A DNA stretch of 51,487 nucleotides. Origin: a virus (Duplodnaviria; Caudoviricetes). Made by a program: the position numbers and the translations under genes. Positions within the stretch are counted from its first letter, which is position 1. Every line of letters starts with the position of its first letter. The notes under the pieces were generated by a model. The model did not search any database, was not told where the DNA came from, and worked only from the letters and a program-made list of their open reading frames with translations. The stretch spans positions 1 to 51,487 of IMG/VR virus record IMGVR_UViG_3300027896_000059; one strand, 5' to 3'. Positions 1 through 8,990 of this stretch are shown in pieces.

Positions 1-8
1 TCCGATCT
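1..8. other. Probable Illumina adapter remnant (TCCGATCT)
   Basis: Matches the 3' end of the TruSeq adapter (...CTTCCGATCT). It is the only part of the 5' end that does not match the 3' terminal repeat. Confidence 0.8.
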
Positions 9-134
9 CTTTGGGGCTTCTGGAATAGGAGCCTGGGCATCAGCGGAGGCATTGATAGCGGCTTCCTTCTCGTTTACAGAAGGGTTAGCAGAAGGGGAAA
101 CTTTAGGAGCAGGGCCGCCTAAATCTTTATTTGT
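9..134. repeat. 126-bp terminal direct repeat, copy 1 (assembly circularity overlap)
   Basis: Identical to 51362-51487. The length is consistent with a k=127 assembler overlap, and it lies inside a continuous ORF. Confidence 0.95.
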
Positions 135-1151
135 TTTCTTTGCTTCGGCATGACCAGAAAGAATCAATCCAATAATTCCATTTTCCAATTCCTCTCTTGC
201 AGTAATAGGAGTTGGCTTCTCTTTTTTAATGCCAGTTGCATATTCTAAATTCTCAAGACCATATCTGATAGGCCCAAGCAATGATCCTCCAATTGTTCCG
301 CCTACCAACTTACCTGCCAATTGTTTTGCGGCGGCGGTTGCTCCATTGGTAGAAAGCGTTTTTGCAAAATCAGCACCAATATTTTTAAGCGATGTAATGG
401 CAAAAGGAGCCATTGTTGCGTATCCAGTAACAGTTGATACTGTTGGGTGCTCTTGTTGCGCTTGCTCAATTTGTTGCCTGTATCCAGCAAGCTCCTCTAG
501 CTTTTTAACGCCATATTCAGTTGCCTGTTGAACTCCTATCATGCCAGCCATACCCAAAGCAGGGCCAACTATTGGTATTGGAACAGCACTTGTTATTGCT
601 TTTGCAACAGTAGGCCCAGCAAGCAATCCAGCACCCTGCTCTACAGCAGTTGATCCAGCGGCAATAGCCGCTCCCTTCCAATCATAAGGAGCTTCAGCAG
701 AAGGTTGTGGAGTAGCAGGAATATTGATCGTCTTTCCGGTTTGCTCTGGTTGAGATGCGCCCAAGAACGTTAAGGCATCTTCCTTACTCATCCCTTGTGA
801 TGCTTGAGGAGCTTGAGGTGTAGCTTGAGGTGTAGCTTGAGGTGTAGCTTGAGGTGTAGCTTGAGGAACAGATTGCGTATAATTAGAAGTCAGATCGTTT
901 GGATCAGACTGAGGCAATTGAGCCGCAGGAATAGGCGAGGTCAAATACGCTGAATCTGGTGTAGCAGATTTCTGTTGCTGATTAACACCAAGAAATGCCA
1001 AGGCATCTTCTTGACTCATCCCCGTTGCACGAGATTGAGGGGCTAATTGTATTCCCTTTTCATCTGGCGAACTCGACTCTTGTTGGTATGAAGTTCCCAA
1101 CTGGCTCGCTTGAGATGGATTTAAGAAAGCAAGTGCTTCATCATGGTTCAT
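9..1151 (-). CDS. N-terminal 381 codons of the giant internal virion/ejection protein (continues 51361->46211 across the junction)
   Basis: ATG at 1151 overlaps the upstream TGA (ATGA) and reads MNHDEALAFLNPSQ... The frame joins the 46211..51316 ORF in register after circularisation (1143 + 5151 nt). I spot-checked the frame rather than translating every codon. Confidence 0.85.
811..866. repeat. 12-bp tandem repeat (GCTTGAGGTGTA)x4.7 encoding (PQAT)n
   Basis: Directly visible; in frame in the giant minus-strand ORF. Confidence 0.9.
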
Positions 1152-2245
1152 TTAGATGGAAAGGCTTGTAGCAATTGAACCGCTTGATCTTGACTGATTT
1201 TACCAGATTGGAAAGCTGATTTTACATCATCAGGAGAATTAAAGGTAGCGTTTCCATTCTGTATATCAGAACCCTGTTGCGCTTGGCTCCCTGTTACTGA
1301 AGGAAGACCTCCAGCAGATGCTTGTGGTTTTCCAATTCCCTTCAAAGCAGAAAAATTCTGAACGGCTTGGTTAATGTTATCTTGTTGTTGCTTTAAGTTT
1401 TCTCCACCCCAAATACCTAAGAATCCAAGATTATGCCCTCCAGCGTGTTGAGGATCAGAACCCGCTGGCAATTCTTTAATTTTATCATTAACAGTCTTTT
1501 GAGCATCCATCAAATGACCTTGAATTTCCTTATAAGCATTTTCAAAGTTTGGATCTTCAATGCCAGCATTTCCCAAAGCGTTTTGTGTCTGCTTATATTG
1601 AGCATATGCAGAACCAAACTTTCTTATATCTTCCTTAGTTGGAGATCCCCCATCACTAATTGCTTTGGTAATATTATCATACGCTTCAGAAGCTCCAGCA
1701 GAACCTGGATTGTTGCCTTGTGATGGTTGACCATTCCAAAGATTAGAATATAACCCAACTTGTTTTGCTTTTAGTTGAGCACTTTTAAGATCCATCTCTG
1801 ATTGCTGATATTGTGTAGGAGCCTTTGAAATAGGGTTTCCTTGGGCATCAACAGGATGCGCGGCATTAATTCCCGACATCTTTCCAGCATATGCCAAGCC
1901 AGCAGTCTGAAGTCGTGTATCTGTAATTAGTTTATTGCGGTAGTTCTCATTTGCTTGCGTAGCCCCAGAAATCATCTGATTGGAGTAATGAGCAGTCAAA
2001 GGATTTTGCCCAGCAAGTCCAGCCGCCTGAGTCACATCGGCAATTCCACTAGAGTCACCAGAAGAAATCTTTTGCATCCCTTGAGCATACTGGCTTTGAA
2101 TAACAGGCAACATTGCTTGCGCTGATTGTGTTGCGGCATGAGTTTCAATAGCTCCAGCAATTTGCTGACCAAGGCCAGCCATAGAGTTGATAACTTGCTG
2201 ATTGCCTTGCTGAATTGTTCCAAAATTTGCGTATCCAATTGCCAT
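1148..2245 (-). CDS. Putative internal virion/DNA ejection protein
   Basis: Q/A/G-rich helical protein between the other ejection-type gene and the giant virion gene; likely start MAIGYANF at 2245. Confidence 0.6.
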   Translation of the reverse strand: MAIGYANFGTIQQGNQQVINSMAGLGQQIAGAIETHAATQSAQAMLPVIQSQYAQGMQKISSGDSSGIADVTQAAGLAGQNPLTAHYSNQMISGATQANENYRNKLITDTRLQTAGLAYAGKMSGINAAHPVDAQGNPISKAPTQYQQSEMDLKSAQLKAKQVGLYSNLWNGQPSQGNNPGSAGASEAYDNITKAISDGGSPTKEDIRKFGSAYAQYKQTQNALGNAGIEDPNFENAYKEIQGHLMDAQKTVNDKIKELPAGSDPQHAGGHNLGFLGIWGGENLKQQQDNINQAVQNFSALKGIGKPQASAGGLPSVTGSQAQQGSDIQNGNATFNSPDDVKSAFQSGKISQDQAVQLLQAFPSK

Positions 2246-2246
2246 A

Positions 2247-3260
2247 TTAAATTTGCGGTTGATAATTTCCAATAGAAGTGAAATCAGAACTACTTAATCC
2301 ATAATCTCCTAATTTAGAGGCAGGAATACCACCAAGTGTATTTTGTGCGCCCTGTGCAGTTTGAGAAAGGCCATTGTAATAATTGGCTTTTCCTAATGAG
2401 TTAATTCCCTGCACTCCCATTTGACCTAACTGCAATCCAAGTTGTTGCTGTTGCTGATTCTGCAATTGATTAGCTTGGTATTGGTTAAATCCAGATTGAT
2501 ATTGATTTTCAGCCGCTTGATTTCCCAAACCAGCGGCAGATGCGGCAACTTGTGATCCAGTTCCAATAGCTTGCAGTCCAGCAGACAATCCAACAGAAGG
2601 AGAAACCACCATTTGATTAGCCAATTGTTGCCATGTAGGAGCGGCACTCAATCCGTATTGAGAAAGCCCAAGGCTAGTCTGACCAATGTTTCTAGCAAAG
2701 TTCTGAGGGGCTTGACCTCCTCCACTAAATAGATTGAATCCTCCACCAAGATTCTGAGCAACTTGTCGATTAATCTGTTGCTGAACATCAAGTGGAATTT
2801 GCCCTTGGATGTAAGAATTAATCTGGTTTTGCGCTAGTTGCCTTTGAGCGGCTGATCCAGGCGTTACAAGTTCTTGATTGGCAATGTTTGCCTTCGTCCC
2901 TTGTCTTGAAAAATCAATACCCTGTTGAGCCGCTTGTGCATATGCGTCTTTACCAAATTGCAATGCCTGTGGAGCCATTTGATCATATTGATTTTTTTGC
3001 AATTGCAATGATTGCATAGGATCAAAAGAAGGCATTCCACCACCTCCTGCTCCTCCTCCACCAGACCCGCTTCCCAAGGCTTTATTTACTCCATATGCGG
3101 CTAAAGCCCCTGCACCCGCTGTTGCGGCGGCTGAAGCAAGACCACCAACAGTAAGCGATCCAACAATAGTAGTTGCTCCAACAGCGGCAATGGTTTCATA
3201 TACGGGCATCTTTTGATGCCTATATTCAGCAATTGTTTGTGGAGGTGTTAGGAAACGCAT
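2247..3260 (-). CDS. Putative internal virion/DNA pilot (ejection) protein
   Basis: N-terminal hydrophobic Ala/Gly stretch, Gly linker, Q/G-rich body; position after the tail adaptor is typical of podovirus ejection genes. Confidence 0.6.
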   Translation of the reverse strand: MRFLTPPQTIAEYRHQKMPVYETIAAVGATTIVGSLTVGGLASAAATAGAGALAAYGVNKALGSGSGGGGAGGGGMPSFDPMQSLQLQKNQYDQMAPQALQFGKDAYAQAAQQGIDFSRQGTKANIANQELVTPGSAAQRQLAQNQINSYIQGQIPLDVQQQINRQVAQNLGGGFNLFSGGGQAPQNFARNIGQTSLGLSQYGLSAAPTWQQLANQMVVSPSVGLSAGLQAIGTGSQVAASAAGLGNQAAENQYQSGFNQYQANQLQNQQQQQLGLQLGQMGVQGINSLGKANYYNGLSQTAQGAQNTLGGIPASKLGDYGLSSSDFTSIGNYQPQI

Positions 3261-3751
3261 GACAATTCAAGTTCTTTAGTTGTATGGATCAAACTAGGGC
3301 TGATTTCTTTTCTCCATTGGTTAAATTTTGGAGAATTGCTATCAATCAAAGGGTTATCTGTTCTTTCGGCAATATTTAATACTATTTCATCAGGATCTTC
3401 AATGTCATTCGGATTAGCATGACAAGTTACCCATGTAGTATCTTCAACATTCCAAAGAAAACGCTTTGTGTTTGGCTTAGTAATTCCCATATCTCCACCT
3501 TCATATAAAGCCTCTTGCTCAAAACCACCATTGGATGATTCTTTAAGAACAGCAACCTTTCCTTTAAGGATAAAAAAGGGATGCGTTGTTTTGTGTTTCA
3601 TGGAAACAACAATAGATCCAGCGGGCATGAATATCTTGCGAACATACATTCCAGGAGGAAAGAAATGCTCCAATGGCAATTCAACAGAAGGCATGTTAGC
3701 TAACTCAGCCTCTATCCTATCAATTGAAGATATTTCTACAATTTCATCCAT
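3248..3751 (-). CDS. Cupin-fold protein
   Basis: EHFFPPGMYVRKIFMPAGSIVVSMKHKTTHPFFILKGKV resembles the cupin motif of a family often found beside podovirus tail genes. Confidence 0.7.
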   Translation of the reverse strand: MDEIVEISSIDRIEAELANMPSVELPLEHFFPPGMYVRKIFMPAGSIVVSMKHKTTHPFFILKGKVAVLKESSNGGFEQEALYEGGDMGITKPNTKRFLWNVEDTTWVTCHANPNDIEDPDEIVLNIAERTDNPLIDSNSPKFNQWRKEISPSLIHTTKELELSCVS

Positions 3752-3752
3752 A

Positions 3753-4769
3753 TCAATAAGGCCATGCGGCTCCATCATCCCAAGCGTATGTGGGAATAAG
3801 AGCATTTAGCATCATGTTATTTGAGAATTGCCTAATCACACTACCTGTAGGCTCTTCTTGATCAGCAGTCTCACGATTGACTTCAAAAATAGCATTCTGG
3901 AGAGATACATTATAAAGCTCATCACTTCCCTTGTTCTCTCTATAGACAACTGCCATAACAGCAGAAATCATTGCTTCTGGTGTGAACTCTACTTGATCAG
4001 TAAGGTTGTAAAGATCTTGGTAGTTTTTCTTGCAATAAAGAATAACAGAATCCTTTACCTTACCTTGTACAGCATATCTACGGAAATTCGGATTGATGTC
4101 GTAAGGTTGATAAATAGCCAAAAGCATTTGTGCTTGGTTATCTGGATCATACGCATACAAGCGAACCCTCCCTTTGGTTTGACCCTTGGTTACTTGAAAA
4201 ACAGTCTTGAAGAAATTAACTGAATAAGAATAAGCAGGAGCAACACCAAGAGTAATTGTTTCACTAATTCTCGTTCCATAAGCATTTTCACCAAAGAAAG
4301 TAATCTCTTCTCCAGCATCTAATGGAGATTCACTTTCTACACAAAGCCTATAAGGAGCAAATTCATAGTTCTGGTAGGTAATATGTTTACCACCAATCTC
4401 AACAAATTTCTTATTTCCTCCATTCCATGCATACCCTTGTCCCCATCCGTTTCCATATCCACCATTAGAAGCATCACCCCAAGAATCTTGAGGGATTGAC
4501 TGATACCATTCATTACCAAGGCTTACAGGAACTCCATCAATCCAAGCCAAACGCACTTGCTTGTAAAGACTAGGAAGGGTAAGAATACCGCCAACGCAAG
4601 CAATACAGACATATTCACAAGTAGATTCAATATCAGTCTTATTCCACAAAAGGCGACGAGCCTTATTCATGTAACTCAACAACAATGCAGGATTACAAGT
4701 TCCGCTATTTCCAGCATAAGGCTTGATAGCGTCTGTAATATAAGACACATCGTAAAGTTGAGATGCCAT
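3753..4769 (-). CDS. Putative head-tail adaptor / tail tubular protein A
   Basis: N-terminal helix LLSYMNKARRLLW followed by ILTLPS..KQV.LAWIDG; size and synteny fit. Confidence 0.6.
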   Translation of the reverse strand: MASQLYDVSYITDAIKPYAGNSGTCNPALLLSYMNKARRLLWNKTDIESTCEYVCIACVGGILTLPSLYKQVRLAWIDGVPVSLGNEWYQSIPQDSWGDASNGGYGNGWGQGYAWNGGNKKFVEIGGKHITYQNYEFAPYRLCVESESPLDAGEEITFFGENAYGTRISETITLGVAPAYSYSVNFFKTVFQVTKGQTKGRVRLYAYDPDNQAQMLLAIYQPYDINPNFRRYAVQGKVKDSVILYCKKNYQDLYNLTDQVEFTPEAMISAVMAVVYRENKGSDELYNVSLQNAIFEVNRETADQEEPTGSVIRQFSNNMMLNALIPTYAWDDGAAWPY

Positions 4770-4770
4770 A

Positions 4771-4938
4771 TTAAATCATTTCTCCATGTGAAAGCGGCTT
4801 ACCTACAAGGGAGCGTGTTACAGGACGTTCTCGACCTGTAACGCTCGGCAATGAAGATAACTTGATGCTTGGTGCAGACTTTACCCTAAGCATCTTGCTC
4901 CTCATAGCCCCTTGTTTTTGGAGCTTTGGGAGTTTCAT
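4771..4938 (-). CDS. Small basic protein (55 aa, not in ORF track)
   Basis: MKLPKLQKQGAMRSKMLRVKSAPSIKLSSLPSVTGRERPVTRSLVGKPLSHGEMI*; fills the gap tightly between neighbours. Confidence 0.65.
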   Translation of the reverse strand: MKLPKLQKQGAMRSKMLRVKSAPSIKLSSLPSVTGRERPVTRSLVGKPLSHGEMI

Positions 4939-4941
4939 ACT

Positions 4942-5196
4942 TTAGATCCAATCAGCCTTAAAAGGATTTGCGTTTTTACCCATTCCGCTTTCATTGGCAG
5001 GGCCACCAACAGAGAATACTCTCTGATTTGCCTCGCCAATAGCTTTAATACGGGAAGTACGAGCATCCTTATACGCACGAATGGTGGCAATATCGTTACG
5101 AATCTGAACCTTCTGCATAGGTTGAGGAACTACAGAATCAGAAACGACACCACGCTCAGTCTTGTCGACTGTGTATTGTACGCCGTGAGATGCCAT
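4942..5196 (-). CDS. Small hypothetical, moderately basic protein
   Basis: Start MASHGVQY 1 nt after the previous stop; packed operon. Confidence 0.65.
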   Translation of the reverse strand: MASHGVQYTVDKTERGVVSDSVVPQPMQKVQIRNDIATIRAYKDARTSRIKAIGEANQRVFSVGGPANESGMGKNANPFKADWI

Positions 5197-5197
5197 A

Positions 5198-5380
5198 TTA
5201 TTTCTTGGAGCTTCCGCGACCAGGAGAAGAAGGCTCAGGCTGTTTTGCACCAGAATAGAAAATTCCCGTGAACTCAGTTCCTTTAGGATGATTGCTCATT
5301 CCTTCCTTGATGGTTCCGCGAGTGGAAAATCCCTCGCTCTGAAGTTTAGGCTCAGTTGCCCTGTTGCTGTCTTTTGCCAT
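5198..5380 (-). CDS. Small basic, likely disordered protein (60 aa)
   Basis: A/C-rich leader; tightly coupled to the downstream gene. Confidence 0.65.
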   Translation of the reverse strand: MAKDSNRATEPKLQSEGFSTRGTIKEGMSNHPKGTEFTGIFYSGAKQPEPSSPGRGSSKK

Positions 5381-5410
5381 AGTATTGTTTAGTTGTTTTT
5401 GTTATCGGGT

Positions 5411-5908
5411 TTATAATGCTCCCAAATTGCTTACTTGCCAAGTGAAAGATGTAATTTGTTTGTTAGCATTAGATACCCAAATGCTAAATCCAGTAGTAGT
5501 TTGTGTTCCATTTACAACACCCCAAGTTGCGGCTCCAGTATCAGTAAATGATGAAGAAGGAGCATTGAAATAACCACTAATATTATAATTTGCGCTATTA
5601 ATTGGTTTTGGCAATGTAATTGCAACAGTTGTAGTAACTGGAGTTCCCGATGTGGTTGCCGCAGTCACAGTAACGCTTCCGCTTTGCCAATTAACAGCAG
5701 ATAATTGATTCTGAAGAGTTAAAATGCTTTGCTGAATTGCTGTAATCTGTTGAGGCGTAACCTCATTCAAAAATGGAATATTAATAGTTGAATTGTTGAG
5801 ATACAACTGATTGTAACTATTAAAAATATCTGCAAACGAACCAGAGGGACACCAGCTACTTGGAATAATTGGGCTTAAAATTTGAACAGGTGATGACTGA
5901 TTCTGCAT
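5411..5908 (-). CDS. Tail-associated protein with C-terminal H-type-lectin/gp53-like beta domain
   Basis: QSGSV...ITLPKP...TTTGFSI...FTWQV pattern preceded by a short coiled coil. Confidence 0.5.
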   Translation of the reverse strand: MQNQSSPVQILSPIIPSSWCPSGSFADIFNSYNQLYLNNSTINIPFLNEVTPQQITAIQQSILTLQNQLSAVNWQSGSVTVTAATTSGTPVTTTVAITLPKPINSANYNISGYFNAPSSSFTDTGAATWGVVNGTQTTTGFSIWVSNANKQITSFTWQVSNLGAL

Positions 5909-5914
5909 ATATTT

Positions 5915-8107
5915 TTATCCTTGTACAGAAGAGGTAGATGTTTGTAAAGGAATTATACGATAGTAATCAAGATCATTTTGAGGACAGCAAACAATAGGAT
6001 CAATCTCATCGCCAACACAAACTCCTTCTGGAAGATCCAATCCAGCATTTAGAAGAGCCGCAATTCTCAAACGATCAACAGTACAAGATCCAGTTATTTC
6101 TACCTTAATTTGAAACTCTGCACCCTCTTGAAGGTTGATTTGATTAGCAGATTGGCAATCATTAATATCTGGCGAAGGAAATTTAACCTGAGAATACTTT
6201 GGCCTAGAAATCTGAGGGGAACAATTCGCCTGTATAGGAACACAACCATTCTCTGATATAGAAATAGTATTTCCAAGTTGCGTGAAGCATGGATACGAGT
6301 CTGGAGCATAAGACATTTCAAATGTTACCTTCTCTTTAAGATTAGATACCCACAACTCACCTCCAGCTAATTGCTTTCTTACGAACTTGGAAGCTCCAGG
6401 ATTGGGAACAAAATCAAATCTCTTGGTAGTAAAGTACGACTTAATCGGCACGCTTCCATATACCTGAGAATAATCATCTATTCCTATTGCCAAAACACTA
6501 CTGTTTTGAAGCTCATATAGTCGATTTACTCCATCTGCATCAAATGAGAAACAAAAACCACGCTGAACACCATTTATTTGAGCAGTCAACAGTTGTGTAG
6601 GTTGCGGGCCTTCCCATAGACCATTCCAGCGTGTAGGCATGGATGCATCAGGACTTATTCTGCTTTCTTGTTCAACATCCAATACAATCATTGCCCTGCT
6701 TGGACGATGAAGACCATAAGCAGGATTTACATTTGCTACTGTAAATGGAGATACAGTTGCAATAATTCGATTATCAAAGAACATCGAACTCTCAAATTGC
6801 CTTAACCAAGGAGTATCATAATTTACCCAAGGTTGAACTTCACGACTGATCTTTCTAAATGACAAAGCCTCATAGAAATCTACTTGAGCATTGTTGTAAA
6901 ATGCCCATCCATCATCAGACCTGAAATAAACATCATTGTTTACTCCACAAATACTCCAAGGTGAACGGCAACCTCGACCAATCAAAGAAACCTTCTGAAT
7001 ATTGGATGCTTGCCAAGTAGTTCTATCTTGAGACAAATCTAGCGTAAATGAACCATTCTCACAAAATACCACCAACTCACCCTGTCCTCGCACATTGATG
7101 TTCAATGAAGGCATTACCCTCATGCCTGTAATCAATCCAAGATTAGCGGGAGGAGTAAATGATCCACCTTCAGCCCAATAAGTTTGCTCAGTAAAATTTT
7201 GAGTGTTTGATGTAGTAGTAAATCCATTTCCATAAATAATATCGGAAACGTAAATATTGTTATTGGCATCACTAACCGCTACACGACCATAGGCATATGC
7301 CATGATTGTTCCTACAGGCATCTGAAGTGCGGCAGGGTTTAACCTAAATACATTATTAGGTTGCGCTGGAGTAGTTGACGGATTGATTGCTTTGGTCGTA
7401 GCAATGTTTGACCAAGGAGATTGCGATCCATCTGGATATACAGATCGTACTTGGAATGAATAAGATGTAGTTTCTGATGCCACTTGATACTGAAGTGACG
7501 TTTGAAGTGCTGGAATTAAAGCAAATGTAACAAAAACATTATTGTCATGCTGAACTTGAAGCTCTGTAAAGGTTGCTCCAGGTGCATTAGTAGTCCAAGT
7601 AAGATTTATTTCACTTATTCCATTTCCTTCTGCTTGAAGATTTGTTGGAGCACCCGATATATTGCCACTCCATGCAATTGGATCTTGGTATCCATTTTGG
7701 ACATAGACCCAATTCTCCGCTTGCACAAACCATGTATGCATAAGCGTAGGATCATTTCCAGAGATTAAAGGATAAAGTGTGCAAACATTGTTTACTATGG
7801 AAAGAAAGTAAATCGTTCCAGCCACAGAACAGATTATTCCATCAACAGATCCAGTAGATATTGATCTATAAGGATAAGCTCCTTGAAAGTTTCCTGTTTG
7901 GAAGTCCGTTAGCGTTGATGCTGGATAACCATACGCAACATTAATCTGTAGATCAGCAAAAGGAGGACGTGTACTATTTACGCCTTGTCTAAATGATCTA
8001 TTTACACAAGTTGAAACATAAGATGGCGGTAAGTTACTAGGATGCGTTTCTGCATCCATTGCAACAGTATCCGTTGAGCCATCAAAAATGCGCCCATCTT
8101 GAGCCAT
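5915..8107 (-). CDS. Tail nozzle / tail tubular protein B with inserted FN3 domain
   Basis: 730-aa beta-rich protein (AYGRVAV, ELVVFCENG, GCRSPWSI..VNNDVYF.SDDG, RKISREVQP) resembling the P22 gp10/T7 gp12 type. Confidence 0.7.
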   Translation of the reverse strand: MAQDGRIFDGSTDTVAMDAETHPSNLPPSYVSTCVNRSFRQGVNSTRPPFADLQINVAYGYPASTLTDFQTGNFQGAYPYRSISTGSVDGIICSVAGTIYFLSIVNNVCTLYPLISGNDPTLMHTWFVQAENWVYVQNGYQDPIAWSGNISGAPTNLQAEGNGISEINLTWTTNAPGATFTELQVQHDNNVFVTFALIPALQTSLQYQVASETTSYSFQVRSVYPDGSQSPWSNIATTKAINPSTTPAQPNNVFRLNPAALQMPVGTIMAYAYGRVAVSDANNNIYVSDIIYGNGFTTTSNTQNFTEQTYWAEGGSFTPPANLGLITGMRVMPSLNINVRGQGELVVFCENGSFTLDLSQDRTTWQASNIQKVSLIGRGCRSPWSICGVNNDVYFRSDDGWAFYNNAQVDFYEALSFRKISREVQPWVNYDTPWLRQFESSMFFDNRIIATVSPFTVANVNPAYGLHRPSRAMIVLDVEQESRISPDASMPTRWNGLWEGPQPTQLLTAQINGVQRGFCFSFDADGVNRLYELQNSSVLAIGIDDYSQVYGSVPIKSYFTTKRFDFVPNPGASKFVRKQLAGGELWVSNLKEKVTFEMSYAPDSYPCFTQLGNTISISENGCVPIQANCSPQISRPKYSQVKFPSPDINDCQSANQINLQEGAEFQIKVEITGSCTVDRLRIAALLNAGLDLPEGVCVGDEIDPIVCCPQNDLDYYRIIPLQTSTSSVQG

Positions 8108-8114
8108 TGCGATA

Positions 8115-8480
8115 TTAACCTACTACTGGTTGAGTAGGTTGTTTTGGGATGTTTTGCAGAAAAGCGGCAGGGTCTTGACCAGCAACAACGCTAGGAAAAA
8201 GAGGAATTGCCCACGCCCAAACAGTATCACGCCAATCACTCAATGCTTTAGCATCAGCGGCATACTGAAGGTTTGCGCTAGACGCATACGAAGTAGCAGA
8301 AACAATAGAATCATATCCCCATGCTTTTGCTCCTTGATCAAGAATGCTTGAAATCTCGCGTGAAATAATCTCAATCGTATCAGCTTGTGTAGTTGGAGTA
8401 TATTGATCCAACTCCTGTTGGGTAAGCTCTCTAGTTGTAAGCTCGCCAGTAGTAATATTTTTCTCTGTAATTGTTGCCAT
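8115..8480 (-). CDS. Tail-fibre-associated small protein (chaperone-like)
   Basis: LDQGAKAWGYDSIVSATSY...YAADAKAL..WRD.VW resembles small proteins that follow tail fibre genes. Confidence 0.6.
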   Translation of the reverse strand: MATITEKNITTGELTTRELTQQELDQYTPTTQADTIEIISREISSILDQGAKAWGYDSIVSATSYASSANLQYAADAKALSDWRDTVWAWAIPLFPSVVAGQDPAAFLQNIPKQPTQPVVG

Positions 8481-8483
8481 ATT

Positions 8484-8987
8484 TTATTGATAAGAAATGT
8501 TTACTGCTCCAGCGTCAAATGTATTTGATCCAGATACAGTAATCCTGATTCTATCTAAAACACCAGAAAGAGAAATAGATCCATTTACGAGAAATGAAAA
8601 TTGAGTAGTGTATATTCCTCCAACACTTATAGAACCAACCCAAATATTGCCAGTAATATTAACAAATTTTGCAATACCATATATTGAAGAAGTAGCCGAT
8701 CCACTTGGAATATTAAATCCAGTAGTAGAAGTTACTCCAGAAACTGTTGGTGAGGTATTTTGAAGAGCAATAGTATATGAATTATATCCAGTAGTTGTAT
8801 AACTTCCAGATCCTAGCTGTATAATAAGATCATCGGTTCCAGTTACAGATGCACCTTGAAGTATCATCTGAATTTCTTTTACTCCAGCGGGAATGCCAGT
8901 AAATCCAACGGCTGTTCCAGAAAGACTTACAGCAGTCCCAAGAGTTAATTGAGATGAACTTACAAGGCTAGAAAGCGAAATACTCAT
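8484..8987 (-). CDS. Putative tail fibre tip / receptor-binding module
   Basis: FTGIPAGVKEI...IQLG...LSGVLDRIRI..SGSNTFDAG resembles a domain common in aquatic phage fibres. Confidence 0.6.
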   Translation of the reverse strand: MSISLSSLVSSSQLTLGTAVSLSGTAVGFTGIPAGVKEIQMILQGASVTGTDDLIIQLGSGSYTTTGYNSYTIALQNTSPTVSGVTSTTGFNIPSGSATSSIYGIAKFVNITGNIWVGSISVGGIYTTQFSFLVNGSISLSGVLDRIRITVSGSNTFDAGAVNISYQ

Positions 8988-8990
8988 AAT

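Noticed and set aside
9-134. Biological direct terminal repeat
   Set aside because: Falls mid-gene, has assembler k-mer length and is preceded by adapter sequence.
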